A stretch of 64,000 bases of DNA from Craspedostauros australis (taxonomy: Eukaryota), in NCBI GenBank assembly GCA_030167865.1, contig JALAGF010003145.1, positions 62,001 through 126,000 on the forward strand, given 5' to 3'. The position numbers and the translations under genes are program-made. Position 1 is the first letter of the stretch; each line of letters begins with the position of its first letter. Below are positions 23,463 to 33,942 of this stretch, piece by piece. The notes under the pieces are model-generated. The model did no database searches and was not told where the DNA came from. It was given only the letters and a program-made list of their open reading frames with translations.

Positions 23463-24187
23463 GTCCAGTGATTGCGTTGATTTGTCGTTGTCTATCCTTC
23501 CCACTTACAAATGATTTGGCTATCGTCCACTTTGATGGCTATGATGCCTCTTCCACTCCATTCGCCGGAGTGCTGTGTTTGCAAGTGCCTCCTTCTTGGA
23601 TCCATCGCGAGGAGATCCGAAGGGTTTCGGTTCTTGGCGTGTTGGTTGGAAACCATCACGAAGCAAAAATTTCGTGGTGGGAAAACGATCGCTTTCGTGA
23701 CTCCAACACGTTCACAAGACTTGGGTTGGATACCCCACGGTCTGTACAACGTGCGTGGTAGGTCGTTGCTGACTAGTTGAGTCGGAACCTCCGGCTTAGA
23801 TCCATCCGTGTGCACAGCGTGAGCATGTGTCGGTGCAGAATGACTCGCAGGCTCGGTGGTATGGCCATAACTTGGGGACGCACACCTCAAGAGAACAACA
23901 AGTGGAAGTAATCATCTGGAGAGTCGCCACCTGTGTGCCTCTTCCATCTTCACCAAGTGAGCTGGCGGAAATCATTCTTCTGTACTATGCATGACTCGGA
24001 ACTTCCACTCTTTGACGAAACAGATCAAATCAAATGAACCCAACCAGTTCAGTTCCAACTCATGCTCCGCAGACGGGTCAGAGACAACCGAGTTGCTCCA
24101 CGTACTCGTACTCGTGCAATCATCGCATCGTGTTATTGCTTCGGTGCTAATCCCCATCGTAATATTCTACGGCTGCTTCACTTTTGT

Positions 24188-25708
24188 TCAAATCAAATGG
24201 CCGCCCAAGGGAACGACACCATCGTACAGAATGCCAGAGGTGCCGCACACCTTGACGGGGTTTGGTTGCACCGTCTTTCCGCCACCGTCGATCGTGCAGC
24301 TGATCCCTTCAGCAGGAGTGACATCCATGCGACAATCTGACTCGGGGTCTTCCAACGTCGCAGGATCCACGCGCTTGAGACGGATGTAGCCCTTCTCTCC
24401 CCACGTCGGACCGTAGCTGTTGCGCACCAGCCAGTAGTCCAAGCCGCTGTCCTCATCCGTCCCGTATCCTTCCAACACGACAACGTGGTTGATGTCGCGG
24501 TTCGTCACCTGCTCATCATCAAAGACACCGCCCGAGTACAAGGACCATCCTGCCGCGGCGACGTTGACAACGACCGGTCCGATGTGTGCCACTACCGCCA
24601 TCAGCGAATCGTAGCTATTGCCCGGCAAATTCGCAAAACTTTCAATGGAAGCAACGGCATTGTCCACGAATGTGCGATTGCTTGGATCGTTGCTGATGTT
24701 GCTAGTGCGATCGCCCACAAGATGGCGTCGGCGCGCTGCGGAGCTGCCGCGATGCACACGGACGGGTGACCTGTTCACTTCAGTACTCAATTCCTCCGCG
24801 CTGTTTGCAACATGATGCTCATCAGCATCGCCCAGTTTGGGACGATCCAGAATGCTGCATTGAACCGCCGCGCCCTGCCCGGAGGCGTAGCCGAAGGACC
24901 ATTCCTCGGTGATACCATGCTGGATCGCGAAGGAGAACGCCAGCTCGGCCGTGGATCCGGCGCATCCTCCCGTTCCTCCGCAATGGTGGGGATTGGGAGC
25001 GCACGATACAAATTCCTGCACGCTGAGAGTGAACAGCACGCCCGTCTTGATGGCGATGTGCGACTCCAAGGCGGCCGTGGAAGCAAAGGCCCAGCAGGAA
25101 CCGCAGGCACCCTGATTCTTTACCGGACCCGTCACGCCAGGATGCGTGCGCCAGTCCACCGATGGTGGCAGCGGTTGTTGCATCTGCCTCACGATATCGT
25201 CGGGAAGGTCCATCCGAAAGGATGATGTGATATCCGCAGGTGCTGGCTTCGTCTCGCCAAGGCTAGAAGCTGCGCCCAACAAGTGACTCTCCGGGCTGCT
25301 GCGGATGCTGCGACGATATTTATAGCTCTGCGACTTGTCATATCCAGTCGGCAACTCCGAATCTGTCATGTCCGCAAAGGCGTTGACGCCCAACGTGAAA
25401 TGACGATTGGGTTGAGCATTGTGGTGCAGAATGGTATCGAGGTTGGCGTAGAAAATGGCCGAACGACGTTCGTACTCTTCATTTGTTGCGTACGATTTTC
25501 TGTGATCATTCGCAAACTGGTCGAACGAGTACGCCTTCAGCCTGCTGCGTTCGTCGTCGGCTGATGCAGAGATCTTGATGTCGTGAAAGACGCTGTTCAC
25601 ACCAGCAGCAGCTTGATGATTCCAGATCGCATGGATGGATGTGCTTGTCCAGTGAATGAGCGTGATGGAGATCACGCACGCAAGCAATGCTTTGCCAACA
25701 CGAAGCAT
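24188..25708 (-). CDS. Papain-family (C1A) cathepsin L-like cysteine protease with I29 propeptide
   Basis: N-terminal hydrophobic signal. ERFNIN-like EYERRSAIFYANLDTI and GVNAFAD prodomain motifs. Mature domain LPPSVDWR, VKNQGACGSCWAF (Cys), INHVVVLEGYG (His) and YWLVRNSYG (Asn). Confidence 0.95.
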   Translation of the reverse strand: MLRVGKALLACVISITLIHWTSTSIHAIWNHQAAAGVNSVFHDIKISASADDERSRLKAYSFDQFANDHRKSYATNEEYERRSAIFYANLDTILHHNAQPNRHFTLGVNAFADMTDSELPTGYDKSQSYKYRRSIRSSPESHLLGAASSLGETKPAPADITSSFRMDLPDDIVRQMQQPLPPSVDWRTHPGVTGPVKNQGACGSCWAFASTAALESHIAIKTGVLFTLSVQEFVSCAPNPHHCGGTGGCAGSTAELAFSFAIQHGITEEWSFGYASGQGAAVQCSILDRPKLGDADEHHVANSAEELSTEVNRSPVRVHRGSSAARRRHLVGDRTSNISNDPSNRTFVDNAVASIESFANLPGNSYDSLMAVVAHIGPVVVNVAAAGWSLYSGGVFDDEQVTNRDINHVVVLEGYGTDEDSGLDYWLVRNSYGPTWGEKGYIRLKRVDPATLEDPESDCRMDVTPAEGISCTIDGGGKTVQPNPVKVCGTSGILYDGVVPLGGHLI

Positions 25709-26629
25709 GATTGTGGGAGGATGAGCGCAGATGGAGCGTGTTGCCTCGTTCGGTGTTGCGTGTATTAGGCACTAGTGTGACGAGAACGTTCAGTATTGTG
25801 TGGATGTGTTCCTTCTTGTCTGTTGTCTTGGTGAAGACGATGGTGATCGAAGGCGACAACGTGGTTCGTTCTTTGAGGGAGACAACGAAACAAGAAATCG
25901 AAAAGAAAGATACGCTTTTGGTCCCGCAGCTGCGATCTTTTGTTTTCTTCGAACAATTCGTAACGGCTCAGCGAATTGGCCGTTAACCTGTGACATGCAA
26001 CAAGCCATTTGAATTCCAAGCGATCCGCGTAATTGCATTCCTGCGACTGTGTTGTGCCTCCGGTACTTTTGATCCCACAAACCATGACACCAACCAAACG
26101 CAATTCGATCCGTTGCTAAGTTCAGGAGAGAGTAGATTCGAACCACTCGGAGTATCCGCGTGTTGTTCGGCGCACAGAAGTGTTCTGCAAGGCAGAGAGA
26201 CAATCGAACCACCGTGGGAGACGTCATTGCAACACAGCCCAGGCGATAGTCGTCTCGCGGTCTTGTTCTCTGCTCCATCAAGTGTCACCGACGCAGAAAG
26301 TCGCAAGAACATGGTCAATCAACATGCGCTTTGTCCACATTCGTTGCTTTGGGAAGGGTTCTTGGAGACACTCATCGGCTGACATTTCCTTCACATTCCT
26401 TTCATCAATGCTCTGCCTTCCCCCTTCACATCGACCACGTTTCGCCACTTCACTCTCTCTCTCTCTCTCCTCGGACATCCACGTTGGTAATTCCCTCCCG
26501 TGAACTTTCTCATTGCCATCACGACAACTTCAGACCGTGGGGAAACGATACGATAGGAGCGGCGATTTGCCCAACCAGGACACCGCATTCCACCATACTC
26601 TGCATTTATCGGAACAGACGACGTTCAGC

Positions 26630-28479
26630 ATGGATTCCAACAGCACGAATCTTGCCACCAACAAGAGCAACCGCTGTGGCATCAGCCAGCGGCGATCACC
26701 CGCGGTGTCCAACATCCGAACGGATGAACGATTCCATCGCACAGTCTCAATTTGTCAGGACGGCACACCCGAAGCAACGCACAAAGGAGCCGGCATGCTT
26801 TCATTCGGTCGCATCAAGCTCAACGAAGACTTCCGCGAGAAGGAGTTCAATTCCGCGCGATGCTCCCTTGGGCTGTATCGCAACCATCCGTTGGCCAACT
26901 CCATCCTCGCCAATTCCTGCATACGGTACGTGGCGCCCATATGATATGAATACGATTTTGTGAGGCCCCACTTCATCGCATCGTATTGCGCTTGCTTGCC
27001 GTTCAGCACCATGGAGACACGGCCTCGCCGCTTGGCAACAGCAATCCTTCTTTCCCTGGAAGTCTCGGGCGTGACAGCATCGTGTTCTATTCATCTACTC
27101 CAATACCGTTGCTCACATCCCGAGCGCTTCATTTCCTCTATTGCCCCTGAACGCTGCCGTTTACTTTCACAATCAACAGCGAGAAGTCACTGAAGCAGAG
27201 CGGGAGCAAGCAGCTCAATCATGTGCGAGGCACAGATGGGTGGTGGCGATCCATGCTGGTGCTGGAGGTAGGTTCGGACATGTTCACAAAACACTAAGTC
27301 CACCATGTCGAAACGAAGCAACGGTACAGGTGCAGCGGCATCATCTTGTTTTCGACTCTCGGTCTTCGATCCGGCACCACAACTCACCTTCCAAATCCAA
27401 ATCTGTCTTATCTATTGTATTATATTCTACATAACACTTCATGTGCATGCAACATGCGGCTTCTCGATTGATTCTCCCAGGTCCGAGCAATCGACAAGTA
27501 CTTCAACGCCTGGTGCGTCATCGTGTTCAACGCCTTCATCGCGACCGTGCTGCACGAGACGTTCGGAATCAGCATGTTGCACGACACCGTCGAGCAATGG
27601 GACGCAGTGTACTCGTTGGTTCTCAAAACGAGTTTGGCATTCCTGCTGGTCTTCCGGCTCAATCGCAACGCCATGCGTTTTTGGGAGACACGCACGATGT
27701 GGGGCAACATCACTCACAACACTCGAAATCTGGTGGCCGGCATCCTGAACTATGGCCGCCATCAACCGACCTACCGAGACGAGGCGGTCAAATGGGCCAG
27801 CGCGTACTGCGTGGCCACCATGCACTTCATCCGAAGCGAGTACACCATCCCGAAGGAAGAGCTGGCAGGCTTTCTATCGCGACAGGAATTGGACAAGATG
27901 CAGGATGCCAACCACCAGCCGCTGTACGCCGCCACCATGGTTCGGTACTACCTCCGCAAGATCTTCCAAGTGAACAAGTCGACCCCTCCTGCGTTGGCAT
28001 ATGCGTACGCCACCCAACAGAACAACCTTGAGCAGCTCATCCAGAGCCTGGTGACGCAGACGTCCGGGATGGAGCGCGTTCGGTCCACACCCCTCCCCAT
28101 CGTGTACGTTAGCCATCTGCGCACCTTCCTCTTTGCGTACTGCGCCTTCCTCCCCTACATATGGGTGACGGAATGGCACTGGCTAACGGTCCCGCTGGTG
28201 GCATTCACCGCGTTTGCCTTGCTCGGTATCGAAGGAAGCTCCAGCGAATGCGAGATTCCTTTTGATAGGAACAGGCCAAACCATCTCGCGATGGACGGGT
28301 ACTGTCTCGTGATTCTGGACGCCGTGCAAGGTCTGGTCGTCCACGACGCCAACTTGGACATGCAGGAATGCCTCCATGAAGATTATGAAAGCACTATCGA
28401 AGAAGGCAACGAGGAAGAAGTGAACGCCGTGTACGGGAACTATGACGAGTGTGGCGACGAAGCAACCATTGAAGTCTAG
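26630..28479 (+). CDS. Bestrophin-like (UPF0187/YneE-type) anion channel, copy 2, three exons
   Basis: Exons 26630-26925, 27180-27267 and 27481-28479 (CG|gtacgt, cag|C, GAG|gtaggt, ccag|GTC) are in frame. The joined N-terminus aligns with copy 1. Motifs LAFLLVFRLNRNAMRFWETR, ERVRSTPLPIVYVSHLRTFL and GIEGSSSECEIPF..NHL. Confidence 0.9.
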
Positions 28480-29087
28480 AGAGAGAGCGCCACGCATTAG
28501 ACTACGGAACGAAACAATAAATAGAGAATGCGTATTAGAGTGTATACCACACGATCAGTGCATGCGATGATAGGTCGGGATGATGGCAGCGAAGGAAATA
28601 TGTTGCGGGTCCATACTGGTGGAGTGATAGAGTACGTAATTCAAGGCCAATGAATGATACTCAAAAGATGGAGAAAGAGATGCTTCGTGCCGTTTGTGGG
28701 AGTTCCAACTACATCATTTCTGCCAATGTGACGTCACATGAATTGATGTGTCGCTCCGATACAGAATGACGCCTCACGCTGATGCCAACGTGGCCATCGG
28801 CAATCATGTACGATGACTGTCTCATCAACACAACACGATCGCAGCCACCCATCCACACAACCCCCGTGGGAAAGCAGTTGCTTGTTGGCATTGGCAGATC
28901 TTTCCGCAAAAGGAAGAAACGCACAAAGGAGACAGAACATGCTGTCCCGAAACGGAACAACAACATCAACAACAACAACCCAACCCAAACCCAACTACTC
29001 GACGACCACTACGCTCTTGAACAATACGAGTACCACTCTATTGCAACCCATCGACGTCGATTGAAAGAGAAGCGTATTTTAGAATAC

Positions 29088-30848
29088 ATGCGGAGCATTG
29101 ATCAGCGCCGCGGTTCTATCACCGGCTTGTTGTTGTCGTTGCTGCTGCTCGTCGTCATGTCAGCGCAGCCCACGGACTCGCTGTTGCCGATGGCATCATC
29201 GATTCGCAAGCCAACAGCATCGAGTCCAGCACTGTTGTCCACGGGCCATCTACACGCAAACGGCAACGACTATCGATCGATATCCGTAGATACCGATGGC
29301 AGCCCGCGGCTACACGCGTCTTCATCGTCGGCGCTGTTGCTCAAGCCGAATGACCAAGACGGAAGGATAAGATATGACGAGCAAAAATCAACCGGCACGA
29401 AGATACTGGAACTAGCGGTGCCCGCGTTAGGTGCATTATTGATCGATCCGTTGCTGACTCTGGCTGACACCGCGTTCGTTGGGAGATTCAGCACATCAGC
29501 CAACGAGTTGGCGGGCATGGGTTCGGCGGCTGCGCTTCTCACGTTCTCGCTCTACCTCTTCAACTTCCTATGCACGGCGACGACGCCGTTGGTGGCATCG
29601 AAACGTGGAGCCGGGCAGGAGGAACAGGCTCGGGCAGTCGGTGGGCAGGCGCTGTCATTTGCCATCGCGCTTGGCGCCACGTTGACGACCACTCTGCTCG
29701 TCTTCCAAGCGCCGTTGCTGGAGGTCATGGGAACGGGCGTCTCGGGCGCCGAGGCCAACGCTTATGCCATCGACTTTCTTTCCGTTCGTGCGTTCGCGGC
29801 ACCGGCCGTGTTCATCATCTCTGCATCAACCGGAATTCTTCGAGGATACCTCGACACCAAGACGCCGATCTACATTTTGGCGCTCGCCAACATCGTCAAT
29901 CTAGCCCTCGACATCGTGCTCATCGCGCACCTCGGAATGGGCCCGGCAGGAGCTGGGATTGCAACGACTGCAGCGGAATGGATCAGCGCCCTCCTTTTCT
30001 TGGCGGTCCTAGCGGGCAAGCTGCCGTCTGCAAGCGGCGAGCTTGGTAGAAAGCAGAAACCCGACGAGAATGGGAAGATCGTATCAACATCAGCAGCAGC
30101 AGCAGCTACAGCGGCAAGTGAAACGCAACAGGTGGCGATTGTGCCATCTCTCGCAATTCCTGCGTACGCAGACGTGAAGCCGTTGCTCGTGGCATCATCA
30201 TCCGTCTTCCTCAGATCCTTGTGCTTGCAGCTTTCGCTGTCGGCGGCAGCGGCATTTGCCGCACGCGGCGGAGAGACCTTGCCTGGAGGAGCCTCTGCCA
30301 GCATTGCGGCGCATCAGATCGGCATTCAACTGTGGTTGCTTTGCAGCTTCGCTGCCGATGCCCTCGCAGCCGCGTCCCAGGGCTTGGTCGCCGATGCGCT
30401 CGGGCGTGATGACCTCGACGATGCCAGAGATGTCTCCACCACCGTATTTCTGTATTCCAGCGTTTTCGGGGTCATTTTGGCGGCCATGCTGCAACTGGGA
30501 TACTCCACTGGCTTCCTGCTTAGTCTCTTCACGTCCGATGCGGGAACCCAGACAGCGTTGGCGAGCATTCTCGGTCTCATCATCCTGGCCCAGCCGCTGA
30601 ACTCGCTCGTGTTTGCTGCCGATGGCGTTCTGCAGGGAGCGTCGGAGTTCACATTCCAAGCCAAGAGCGTCGCTTTCAGCAGCGCTGGAGCAGCCGTAAC
30701 TTTCTTTCTGCTGCAGCAGGCTGGATCAAGCGACACGCTGATCCATGTTTGGGAGGCTCTCATCATGCTTCAAGTGCTGCGAGGCCTTACCGCGCTGGTG
30801 AAGATCGTCGATCAGGACGGGCCAATTCGCTTGACTGTATTCAAGTGA
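29088..30848 (+). CDS. MATE-family (DinF/DTX-like) efflux transporter, possibly plastid-targeted
   Basis: Motifs ILELAVPALGALLIDPLLTLADTAFVGR, GILRGYLDTKTP, AAHQIGIQLWLL and QPLNSLVFAADGVLQGA, with many TM segments. Hydrophobic signal-like N-terminus from MRSIDQ (29088). Confidence 0.92.
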   Translation: MRSIDQRRGSITGLLLSLLLLVVMSAQPTDSLLPMASSIRKPTASSPALLSTGHLHANGNDYRSISVDTDGSPRLHASSSSALLLKPNDQDGRIRYDEQKSTGTKILELAVPALGALLIDPLLTLADTAFVGRFSTSANELAGMGSAAALLTFSLYLFNFLCTATTPLVASKRGAGQEEQARAVGGQALSFAIALGATLTTTLLVFQAPLLEVMGTGVSGAEANAYAIDFLSVRAFAAPAVFIISASTGILRGYLDTKTPIYILALANIVNLALDIVLIAHLGMGPAGAGIATTAAEWISALLFLAVLAGKLPSASGELGRKQKPDENGKIVSTSAAAAATAASETQQVAIVPSLAIPAYADVKPLLVASSSVFLRSLCLQLSLSAAAAFAARGGETLPGGASASIAAHQIGIQLWLLCSFAADALAAASQGLVADALGRDDLDDARDVSTTVFLYSSVFGVILAAMLQLGYSTGFLLSLFTSDAGTQTALASILGLIILAQPLNSLVFAADGVLQGASEFTFQAKSVAFSSAGAAVTFFLLQQAGSSDTLIHVWEALIMLQVLRGLTALVKIVDQDGPIRLTVFK

Positions 30849-31024
30849 TGGCCGCCGATGGGGGAATGCAACGGAAGCACAGCTATGTAGCACACGTGCG
30901 GTACGCGCAACATACCAGTGCTGATCTGCAGCATGTACAATCTACCAGTACCAATCATGTCTCAACACATTTCCGCACGTTACCACACAAGTGAATAGAG
31001 CGCGTACGAGTATTGATGCATTCC

Positions 31025-32005
31025 TCACTTTGTTTGGCTCGATGGAAAGAGGACGTCCAAGTCTTGCCGGTACCGTTCGTGTAGCAAATTGGAGGTGGTG
31101 TCATCGAAGTCGGCAACGCCAAGATCCGTACTGTTTCGTGCTGCATTCATGCGATGTGAAGCCATCATCGATTGGATGCCATGTACCGCCATGAGCTTGT
31201 CGTAGTGCTGCTTGAGCTCATCCATCGGAATGACGTAGTCCACCATGCGAATGTCAAAGTTGGCGACCAGAAAGCTGTACTGCGGCGTGAAGTGCCCATT
31301 CTCGTCGAAGTAGGGCTGGGCCGCCGTTAAGGTGCTGTTGACGGAGAGCATCTTGCGCTGGATCCAGTCGTTCATGTACTGGGCATCATGCATTCTGGTC
31401 GGGTCGCAGTCAAACCTGTCAGCATGCTTCGTTCGCTTCCTTTTGCAGATGTAGTAGAACTCGCTCAGCAACCTCTCGGCCGGCGGTCGGATGACGGCGA
31501 ACAGGTCGTTGGACTCGTAGGGATTGACCCCCATCAAGGGGAACAGCTGCGGCGGCAGATGCCAGTACCCGATCTTCGTCGGCCATTCGAACTGACCCGG
31601 TGGATACGCGCAAACGTTGCCTCTCCTCTTGGGTCTGTGGTTGAAACGGCAGCTCCCCCATGACATTTTGGGAACCGTGCTGACGCCGCCCACCTGCTCG
31701 ACGCTTGATCCCGCTGCCTTGGGGATGTGCAGGAACGTCAGGTCCCTTCTCGTGCTCTTGATCGAGTCAACGTATTCGACGCTCGCTGCGTATTCAGCCT
31801 CAAAGTCGATCTTGGGAACTGCGTTGGGATGGCCGACGTTCGTCCCGAACTCAGAATAACCGGCTTCTCCCTGCGGCGTGAAGAAGGAATTCGAATTTGC
31901 CTGCTGATTGTGAGCAACGAGGCTGACCATGAACTGCTGCCATGCGTAAAAGAGGACAAATACGATGGCTAGCCACGAGATGTTTGCCCTGCTTTTGCGT
32001 CTCAT
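31025..32005 (-). CDS. Golgi-type sulfotransferase (Sulfotransfer_2-like)
   Basis: Type II anchor (MRRKSR followed by a hydrophobic helix). 5'-PSB motif FLHIPKAAGSSVE, 3'-PB motif FAVIRPPAERLLSEFYY, plus HFTPQ and terminal Y.QD. Confidence 0.88.
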   Translation of the reverse strand: MRRKSRANISWLAIVFVLFYAWQQFMVSLVAHNQQANSNSFFTPQGEAGYSEFGTNVGHPNAVPKIDFEAEYAASVEYVDSIKSTRRDLTFLHIPKAAGSSVEQVGGVSTVPKMSWGSCRFNHRPKRRGNVCAYPPGQFEWPTKIGYWHLPPQLFPLMGVNPYESNDLFAVIRPPAERLLSEFYYICKRKRTKHADRFDCDPTRMHDAQYMNDWIQRKMLSVNSTLTAAQPYFDENGHFTPQYSFLVANFDIRMVDYVIPMDELKQHYDKLMAVHGIQSMMASHRMNAARNSTDLGVADFDDTTSNLLHERYRQDLDVLFPSSQTK

Positions 32006-32157
32006 CTCGATGCGATTGACAGCCTCCCGCGGAGGGAAGAGTCGAAGAGAGATCGACTGATCAATGGCTCGATTCGCAGCTGTTCAATGCACTCCCGCAC
32101 ATAGATCGGTCCCTGAAGGCGGAGGTTGTCTCTACCACAGCCGTAGGTATGGTGCTT

Positions 32158-32222
32158 GTACTCGTACTCGTACCCGTACCCGCACCCGCACCCGCACCCG
32201 CACCCGCACCCGTACCCGTAGT
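32158..32222. repeat. Hexamer tandem repeat (CCCGCA / CTCGTA variants)
   Basis: gtactcgtactcgtacccgtacccgcacccgcacccgcacccgcacccgcacccgtacccgtagt upstream of the sulfotransferase. Confidence 0.9.
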
Positions 32223-32740
32223 CGTATCACGCTTTACCATCCTGAGAGGCACAAACGGCAACCAGTCGGGAATGGGTGCCATGGTCGAGACCTTTTCCCA
32301 GTACGACAGGCATTCTCGTCGCGACGCTCTGTTTTATCCACGATTGAGACATGTAGTCTGTCTAGTCACGTCTGATTTGTTGTTGTTGCGCAGGATGTCA
32401 GACTTTATATTAACTTTTTAGTTGAGTTCCATACTGACGCCATCCAGACTGAAAAGAGACACTAAATGAATCATCCCAATCAATTGAGTCAATCTGGTCA
32501 ACTTCGATCGTTTGTTCTGATGATTCGGAGATCTCTGAAAATTACAACAGAGGATTTTGCGTTGAATACGGCAATTCATCGTCTGTGAATACGGCATTTG
32601 GGCAGTATGCCGCACAACGAAACAGGATGGATCACCACCACCTCCGACAACCACAAACGCAATCACAAGCGCCATCGATCAAAGTCGATCGCAAAACCAA
32701 GGTCACATTTTGTCTTCATTCCGCTCCTTTTTCGCGAGGA

Positions 32741-33813
32741 ATGTCGTCCAAGGCACCAGCGCCATCGCAACCGTCGATGTCGCCCGGCCACGGGGCAGTC
32801 TTGGCGTTCATTTCGTTTCTGCGATGCGAGGCCAAGCTTGCCGAAGATCGCGCGAAGAAGCTGCGCGCAACGGCAGCCGCCATTGAGGCCAACACGGTCG
32901 CATCCAGTCATGGTGAGTTGGTATGTGGGATGGGCATTCTCTACTAGCCGCTCATCCACATGCGTCTTCACTCACAACCACACTCACGTTCACATGCTCC
33001 GTTCCTACTCTTACCTGCACTCACCTCCTTCTTCGTTCACTTCGTCACTTCTCCCTTGCTGGTGTTGGCTCGTGTTTGCTCGTGTTTGGTCGATGCACAT
33101 CATACATCCAGGCACGAAAAAGCGCAAACGATCAACTGCACGAAGCCAGGTTGTGGCCACTAATCCCACAACCATGACCGCCATCTCCACCCAGAATGCT
33201 AATCTTAGCAACGCCAGCAATACCCCCACGAACGCTGCCAGCATCAGCGATACTATAGCCACAGCCACAGCCGACGAGGGCGGCGCGTACATTCCCACAG
33301 AATCATTGACAGCCTCCTCTCTATTCATTTACGGTGAGTTCCTTTCTCCAGAGAGTGTCTACCTCGCCGCTTTTATGACAGCTTGATGCCTGCGCAGTGT
33401 GGGCAGTGCTGGCGTCATTGCATCCACTCCCGCAATGGCTCACAGCACTTTGGCTCTTCCCTCTTCTTTCAAAAATTGAATCGCTCTCTGCGGCAACGTG
33501 AACTGATTCGCGCACAGAGAGTCTCCAAAGTACGCGAAAGGCCCAAGGCATGGAGATCGAGATCGAGGTCGCCAAGGAGACTATGTCTATGTTGGCCAAG
33601 CAGTGGACCGAAACAAGCATCGAGGAGAAGAACCAATGGAAATGCCGAGCGGACCAGCTCAATCACTCCAGCCAAGCACAGAGCGCGGAGCTCCAGACGT
33701 TTCTGGCTTCCAATCGGGAAAAGCTCCATTACTTCGACGCTGCGGAACCGCCATCAATGGATGAGAACACGAGCAAACGACAGTTCGAGACGATGCCGCC
33801 AGTTGAATTGTAG
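32741..33813 (+). CDS. Small nuclear protein with a divergent single HMG box
   Basis: Exons 32741-32912, 33112-33333 and 33518-33813, phase-1 GT-AG junctions in frame. NLS-like KKRKR. HMG-like pattern LTASSLFIYE...MSMLAKQWTETSIEEKNQWKCRA. Confidence 0.7.
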
Positions 33814-33942
33814 AGGTTGAAGAGGCGAGGAAACGAATTGAGAAGAGCATGCGTTGTTTTTGTTTCGAATATATTCTATTTATGTGCTGTACTGTTGTCG
33901 CTAACTGTTCATTACGCTACTCTACTATACATGACCACCACA

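Noticed and set aside
26130-26148. tRNA T-arm/B-box-like hairpin on the minus strand (GAGTGG-TTCGAAT-CTACTC)
   Set aside because: No matching acceptor 5' strand, D-arm or anticodon arm at the proper spacing, so it is not a tRNA. At most an isolated B-box.
28782-29087. N-terminal extension of the MATE ORF
   Set aside because: Derived from a CAA-rich leader. The signal-like segment starts after ATG 29088.
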